Shown one piece after another: positions 57,117 through 64,000 of a stretch of 64,000 nucleotides of DNA. Source of the stretch: Eledone cirrhosa. Taxonomy: Eukaryota. Within the stretch, counting starts at the first letter, position 1, and the number at the start of each line of letters is the position of its first letter. The position numbers and the translations under genes are program-made. Below the pieces are notes generated by a model. That model was given only the letters and a program-made list of their open reading frames with translations, did no database searches and was not told the DNA's origin. The stretch spans positions 30,256,001-30,320,000 of the forward strand of contig OZ024746.1 in assembly GCA_964016885.1 (NCBI GenBank), in the 5' to 3' direction.

Positions 57117-57421
57117 AGTTATGTAATAAACAACATAAGGCAATTATTCCATTTACCAGTGGTTTCTTAAAAGCAAAAAATTTTGCTTTCAATCATCAGA
57201 ATGAAAAAATCCTGGTCTATTTATTGAATTGGATTTTTTTTAAATCCAATTCAATAAATAGACCAGGATTTTTTCATTCTTATGATTGAAAGCAAAATTT
57301 TTTGCTTTTAAGAAACCACTGGTTAATGGAATAATTTCCTTATGTTGTTTATTACATAACTATTAAGCTCTGTTACCTACATAGATCACTCTTTTTTCCT
57401 GGACTTTTCCGACCGAATTAC

Positions 57422-57425
<4 letters not shown>
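57117..57425. mobile_element. 245-bp palindrome plus tail, with hammerhead
   Basis: Arms 57117-57361, centre 57239. Confidence 0.9.
57150..57203 (-). ncRNA. Hammerhead ribozyme with complete canonical core
   Basis: catt-CTGATGA-ttgaaagcaaaa tt ttttgcttttaa-GAAA-cc act gg-TA-aatg. Confidence 0.85.
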
Positions 57426-57461
<36 letters not shown>

Positions 57462-58239
57462 CTACTAATGTTTAATTAGAATTGGGTAGGAAAGTATTGA
57501 TATACTTTTATATACAGCAGCTGTTATTTTCAATTAAGAGATTCTTAATATTAAGTAAATATTATATGAATCCAGTCAGGGTAAATTACCTAAAGGAGAT
57601 ATTAAAACATTGCACGGAATAACAGAAAGTCATTCGGCTGATATTATACAGTATAAAATAAACAAGAATTTCACAATACCAACACTACAGCCGTTAAAAC
57701 CTTCAGAGTAAAACTAAGAAACCTCACAGTTGAATAGGCGAGACTGTATAAACATCACTTCATTTGAGCACAACATTGCGAAACTCATTCAGTATAATGA
57801 AAGATTTCATAGTTAAAATGAGGAATTCAATCGAGTATGTGTATTAATAGCGATATAAGCTGTTGTCTACCAGAACATGGATATATTTATTCTCATATAT
57901 TAAAAACAAAAGTAAAAATGAAAAAAAAAGACCAGAAATATTTTTATGATAGAAAATCAAAGATACAATGCATCTATGAATGAATATTATGTATCGGCTC
58001 CACTATAGCTTAGTAAATAGAGTCCCTGACCAATTGTCAGTGAATCAATATTTACGTATTGTTGTATGCAGTTATACGTAGGTTCATGAAATAGTGATAT
58101 ATTTCTACACTGAAGACATATGCACAAAACAACAATTCTGACATCCAATATATATGATCACTAAGTTATTATATCCTACTCTATTTCTGTCGCTTCTTCC
58201 CTGACATTACTGAATCAAGGAAATTGAAATATATTTTAA

Positions 58240-58560
58240 GAGAGTATTGAAGTTTGCTTGAAGCATTGTGGAATAATAAGGTAAATTTCTTTAAGTCGTT
58301 TGGAAGCCTCGACAATGCAAATGGGTAAATCTCCGGGTAACAAGATCCGGTGGTGGAGAGAGAGATGTAAGTGGGTGTACGTTGAGATGCGTGGCGTGTA
58401 TAAGACGTGTAGAGGAATGAAGGAAAGAGCGTAAAGGATAAAAATAAAAATAACAACATGAGAGAGAGTTACCTTGGGAGAGATTTAATTGTCCCTATAT
58501 ATTTCGGATTCACATCCATCAACTGGGGTTTTTTCCGGGGTGGGGGAAAGGTTGTCTGTC
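58240..58560 (-). mobile_element. Family N PLE-like end with degenerate hammerhead at 58493-58528
   Basis: ccc-CAGTTGA-t ggat gtga atcc-GAAA-tata-TA-ggg. Confidence 0.65.
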
Positions 58561-59177
58561 GGAAAGGTGCAAAACGCGTCCTCCGCTGTTCGTTGTTTTG
58601 AAATATATTTTGAAATATATTTTGTTTTGGCTTTTTATTCTTTAAAGTCACATCAAAAATCTCTAAACTCAGGATTATACCATTTATGCAACCCAACTTC
58701 TGATTTATCCTAGAGTTATACGGATAACAAAACTAGCTAAACTAAAATTGAAATCTAATAGATAAAACTGTTATAAGAAAAAACGAAACGAAGCTAGGTG
58801 GAATAGTTGTTTACATATAGCACCTGTGTATGCGAATTTAGATGTATGTATATGTAAATATGTTTGCGTGTATGTATAGTTATGTACATGTATAATTGAA
58901 TAAAAATATATACTCCATCCACCACTTTATCCTGCCAATCTCACCAGCATTTTCACAAACACTTCTACATTTATTACCTGCCTCCTATTGACCAGTTAAA
59001 ATTCTATGGTTATAGCCATTGAGCAGTTTTATGCCCACTAACCACCCTTTGTTACCTTATTCTTACACACAGCCCTATTGCCCTATTGCCACACCTCAAG
59101 TTTTCTTTATTTATACTGCGTCTGCATAGTTCTTGTTTGATGACCCTGTGATGAACATATCTATAACTCTCTCTCCT

Positions 59178-59234
<57 letters not shown>

Positions 59235-59248
59235 GTATATATATATAT

Positions 59249-59292
<44 letters not shown>

Positions 59293-59825
59293 AGAGAGAG
59301 GGAGAGAGAGAGAGAAAGATATATAGATATATATACTCATATTTCCACAGATATGCCAAAATAGTTCCCAAAGTATTTATATTAGACTTTTCGAATAATT
59401 TATTAACTAAAGCTGACGAAAAGAAAGAAAGAAAAATAAAAGTAGGAGACATTGCGGAATGACGGTTTAGCCGATGAAGACCAGCAATAAAACATGGGGA
59501 GGTATTAATCATGTACGGTTCAAATATAGAACTGATTCTGATAGGAGATATATATATCAAACGTAGGTACATGTAAATATGTTTCGGCCGGACTATAACA
59601 TGTATTGAGTACTACCTTGATTTCTTGTCTTCCTGATCACCCAACCACAAACACTGAATGTGTATATTTAGCTATCTCTCCCCACCTCTCTCTCTCTCTC
59701 TCTTTCACACACACGCACACACACACACACTCTCTCTCTCTCTCTCTCTTTCTCTTTCTCTATGTTTTCTCTATCTATATATATATATATGTGTGTGTGT
59801 GTGTGCGTGCGTGCGTGTGTGTATG

Positions 59826-59912
<87 letters not shown>

Positions 59913-60083
59913 GTGTCTGTGTGTGTGTGTGTCTGTGTGTGTGCGTGTGTGGATGTGTGTGTTTGTCTGTGTGTATGGATATAGAAATGACTTCATGATC
60001 ATCACATTCAGGTATATATGCAGATAAATATATGTGGAAATGTGTAATCTGCATCTGAATACATATATATATATGTTTATATA

Positions 60084-60115
<32 letters not shown>

Positions 60116-60611
60116 AGAGAGAGGAAGAGAGAGATATAGAGAGAGAGAGACAGAGAGAGAAATATATATATACACATACATACATGCATACATATAGACA
60201 CATATGTAAATATAAATATATAAATGTGTATGCGTGTTTTAGTGTGAGCGTGTGTATATATGTGCAATTGTAGGTGTATGTTTGTTTCTGTGTCTGCTTG
60301 TTCATGTGCGTGCTTGTGTTTGTATTATTATATATGCTATATTTTATTCGTTTGTCATTAAATGTGTTATATTAGTTTGTGTGCATTGTCACAACTTAGG
60401 AGCATGAAGAGAGAAACCCCATTACAAAGTTATCGCAATCATTATGGAAATCTAATAAATACAAAATACATCATAGCGAATATATTTCCTATCAGCTTTA
60501 TTTGGCGCTGTAACCGTTAACATAGTTATATGAGAAGAGAAAGAGAGGGGGGAGAGGGGTAGAGAGGGGGGGAGAGAGGGAGGGAGAGACAGAGAGAGTG
60601 AGAGAGACAAT

Positions 60612-60790
60612 GGACCTTCGTCAGTTTCCTCATTGAATTGTCCAGTTGATCAAACGACAGAAGACCGTGTATGTGAAACTAAGGTTTACGTGTCTGAGAA
60701 TGCCACAAACACGTGTACGCTTGGCGTAATTCTAAGATTCAAAGTGACATTGTGATTTGAGGTTTCCCTGTTGAATTAGAACTGCAATCT
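60612..60790 (-). mobile_element. SINE family 2, diverged 3' part
   Basis: ccagttgatc...ccacaaacacgtgtacgc...gattca. Confidence 0.6.
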
Positions 60791-61055
60791 ACCTGACAGG
60801 CTTCCGAACAATATCCGTCTACCCACTTTTATTTACATGCAATTGTAAATGACACTTGCTCGAGATGCCCCACGGTGGGCTGCGTCAATATGTATCAATC
60901 GCACGCTGGTAAAATGACATACAGGGGCGGTGTAAGCATTCCGGCATTGAGGGGGAGGACCAAATTTACGGGACCACATATTTTTATAGATTATATATTA
61001 TGTCTGCATACGTGTATCTATCTATCTATTTAACTCTCTCTCTCTCCCCTCTCCT

Positions 61056-61213
<158 letters not shown>

Positions 61214-61636
61214 AATACATATATATATATATATATATATAGAAATTACATGAATCAAAGTTCTGTTCAAACCATTTATTAGCTTACAATTGTTTCTTCC
61301 AAACCGAGGTTTGGAATCTTCGGAGCAATTTTTCAATGATTGTTTACATACATGACCTCCTTTCCATGTATAACTGTTCTGTAGAACAACTGATGTTATT
61401 ACATTGAGCTATTTATCTTACTGGTAATAAGGTAGTAATAAATTACTGTCTTTCACTGTTTAGGGTTTAAAATATATATAACTATAAAAGATTTTAGTAT
61501 ATACATAACCATAAATAGTATCCTTAATACTATATATATATATATATATATATACATATGCACACACATGCGTGCACGTTCGTTGTTTTGTCCTCTCTTT
61601 GTTAATTTTCTTAAGTTTATATATATATATATATAT

Positions 61637-61940
61637 GTAAAACAAGATGGCGAACAAAGAAGAGGCACAAAAACAAAGAAAAGAATCCCCAGTCACTGAA
61701 GAGGTCACAGAATGTGTGACGAAAGAACTTTGACAATATATAAACAATCATCTGGTTGTGGAACCAACCAACCAACCGGAAATTTATAAATTCCTAAATT
61801 TATAAATTTATTATAATAAATTGAAGTGAAAGCAACTGGTGCGAGTGTTTCTTATTGGCAACATGACCCTCCCAAAGTATAACAATATCGGTTTCAACAC
61901 ACGTTTTCAGATAAAGAATCTTGCTAAACAAATTCAGAAA

Positions 61941-61942
<2 letters not shown>
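61637..61942 (+). mobile_element. Family J PLE 3' end with hammerhead at 61692-61734
   Basis: Ribozyme identical to 42853-42895; ends cagaaacg(at)n like 43400. Confidence 0.9.
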
Positions 61943-61995
<53 letters not shown>

Positions 61996-62399
61996 CTATT
62001 CCATATTATGAGGTGACATAAAGTAGAATTGCATGTGCCGTAGACCAAAGCGTTAACTCCCAATGAGCTGAATTGGTGTGCCATATTTGATTCATGTTTT
62101 CAAGCTAATACACATGACATTAGCTTACTATACCGACCATTCGATATTTATGTAAGATTTTGTAATGATATATTATGAAATAAAATAATACATTTAATCA
62201 AATATATACATAATAGCGCTGGTGTCTAAATATTTATGTGAAATCATTTGATCTGTGTAGAAATACCGTTCACAGCTTCTAGTTTAATTTAGATTAAACC
62301 AGACTCCAACTGGTTTTCTCACACCAACTATCTATCTTTCATTCTATCTATCTATTGATTTATCCGTCTATCCATTTATCTATGTTCTTCTCTCACCAC

Positions 62400-62484
<85 letters not shown>

Positions 62485-62524
62485 TCTCTCTCCCTCTCTT
62501 TCTTTCTTCCCCTATCTCTCTCTT

Positions 62525-62575
<51 letters not shown>

Positions 62576-62682
62576 GTCGAACACCGGGAGGTTATATCTA
62601 TAGTAAGTAGAGCACTCTGTCTATAAGACGAGTTCGGTATAAAGTTAGTTCCATTAATATATTGCGGAACCAACTCTACATA

Positions 62683-62734
<52 letters not shown>

Positions 62735-62796
62735 CTGTTTCTACTTTTGGAAATAGGGCAGCAATTATTCAGTGCATTACTGGTACTTTATTTTAT

Positions 62797-62817
62797 CGCA
62801 AAACTAATTTATCGCCG

Positions 62818-62855
<38 letters not shown>

Positions 62856-63091
62856 CGGCGATGAATTAGTTTTGCGAGGTTTTTTATATGAAATCGTGTG
62901 TCGAAACAAATATTGTTATACTTGGGGAGGGTCATATTTGTGTAATGATATTGCCAGAATTAATAACAGAACACACTCACTGTTTGGTTGGTTTTCGCTT
63001 CTGTGTCTTTTATATCGGTTAATTTAATTTATTCGGTCCTCAATGTTGCCATTGACTGACCAACGGTCAAAAATACAGATACAATATAGAC

Positions 63092-63100
<9 letters not shown>
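62797..63100 (-). mobile_element. Family J-related terminal fragment with a short inverted end across (TA)n
   Basis: 62910-63100 matches 42423-42608; cgcaaaactaatttatcgccgtt mirrored at 62797-62819 / 62853-62876. Confidence 0.75.
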
Positions 63101-63175
<75 letters not shown>

Positions 63176-63189
63176 GTATATATATATAT

Positions 63190-63440
63190 TAGATATTAAT
63201 TTAACAATGAAAATAATAACAACAAAGTCAAGTTATTTTACCTATTCATATCATTGTTTTACGATCGTTTCGGAGGGTTGATCATATTGACATACTGACT
63301 TATCTATAGCAGTTATATACTATCAGACTTCATATAGGTTCGATCAGAATCTTTATTGGTAGTATGGATTACTCACTATCGGATTACATTGAGTTATATC
63401 TACGGTTCAGACCCTACCACGAAGGGTAGACCATATTGAA
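63190..63440 (-). mobile_element. Family K second copy
   Basis: tgttttacgatcgtttcggaggg.tgatcatattga shared with 30278. Confidence 0.7.
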
Positions 63441-63907
63441 AAAGAAAAAATATATATATATATGTTATTTACATGTCTGTCTACATATCTATCTACCTAT
63501 CTGTCTCACTGTCCCATATCTCCCTTTCTCTGAATCTCTTTCCTTCCCTCTTTCATTTTTATAGTTTTATTACTAATACAATTTGTGGAAGATGCAAATC
63601 GTATGCCGTAGTATACAAGTTAATGAAAGCGACGTGGAATTGAGTCTTTACGTAGGGTTTATTTCTTGTGGGTATGAGACAGTCCCATATACATGGCTAT
63701 CTTCCTATCTTTCAGGGCCTGGTGCCAATGTATAGGTTGAACTCTTTTAGGCTTTGAGTATGTAAAGAACTGTCTCTGAATCACGGGTCACCTGACTGGA
63801 AAATATAATTCGTTGTTAATATCGATTTTTTTAAATATATATATAAAAAAATTGATCAAATAGAAAAGAAATGTGATTATGTATATATCTGAATCATCTG
63901 AGTTATG

Positions 63908-64000
63908 TAAATGAGATATTAAAGCTACGGCTTCACTACCTTTAGTTAATATGGGTGGTCGCTAAATGAGATATTAAAGCTACGGCTTCACTACCTTTAG
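63908..64000. repeat. 55-bp-period tandem duplication running off the window end
   Basis: taaatgagatattaaagctacggcttcactacctttag occurs twice. Confidence 0.85.

Noticed and set aside
61875-61912. Minus-strand CTGAAAA...GAAA motif
   Set aside because: C3-A8 mismatch, poor stem II, and antisense to the element's real ribozyme.

Overview
AT-rich, microsatellite-saturated eukaryotic non-coding DNA. The tRNA-derived SINE families and the (TA)n/(CA)n/(GA)n load look like an octopus (coleoid cephalopod) genome; this is an inference. No intact protein-coding gene is evident, and almost all listed ORFs are microsatellite translations. Ordinary content: two SINE families, decayed RTE, Tx1/L1 and CRE-like LINE fragments, MITE-like pieces and minisatellites. 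The striking signal is about 25 short (100-800 bp) fold-back elements from at least 12 sequence families, nearly all sitting in or beside (TA)n tracts. Many carry a type I minimal hammerhead ribozyme motif (CUGANGA-stem II-GAAA-short, often palindromic stem III-UH), including U3-A8 compensatory core variants. Two are linked to Penelope-type GIY-YIG endonuclease remnants, identifying them as Penelope-like element (PLE) ends. Comparing folded and unfolded copies shows that the fold-back point coincides with a pre-existing template hairpin, often ribozyme stem II, and that the short arm ends at an internal TA microhomology. This suggests a snap-back self-priming integration mechanism that seeds the genome with dsRNA-forming, ribozyme-bearing palindromes. 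All alignments and folds were made by eye and coordinates may be off by a few bases.
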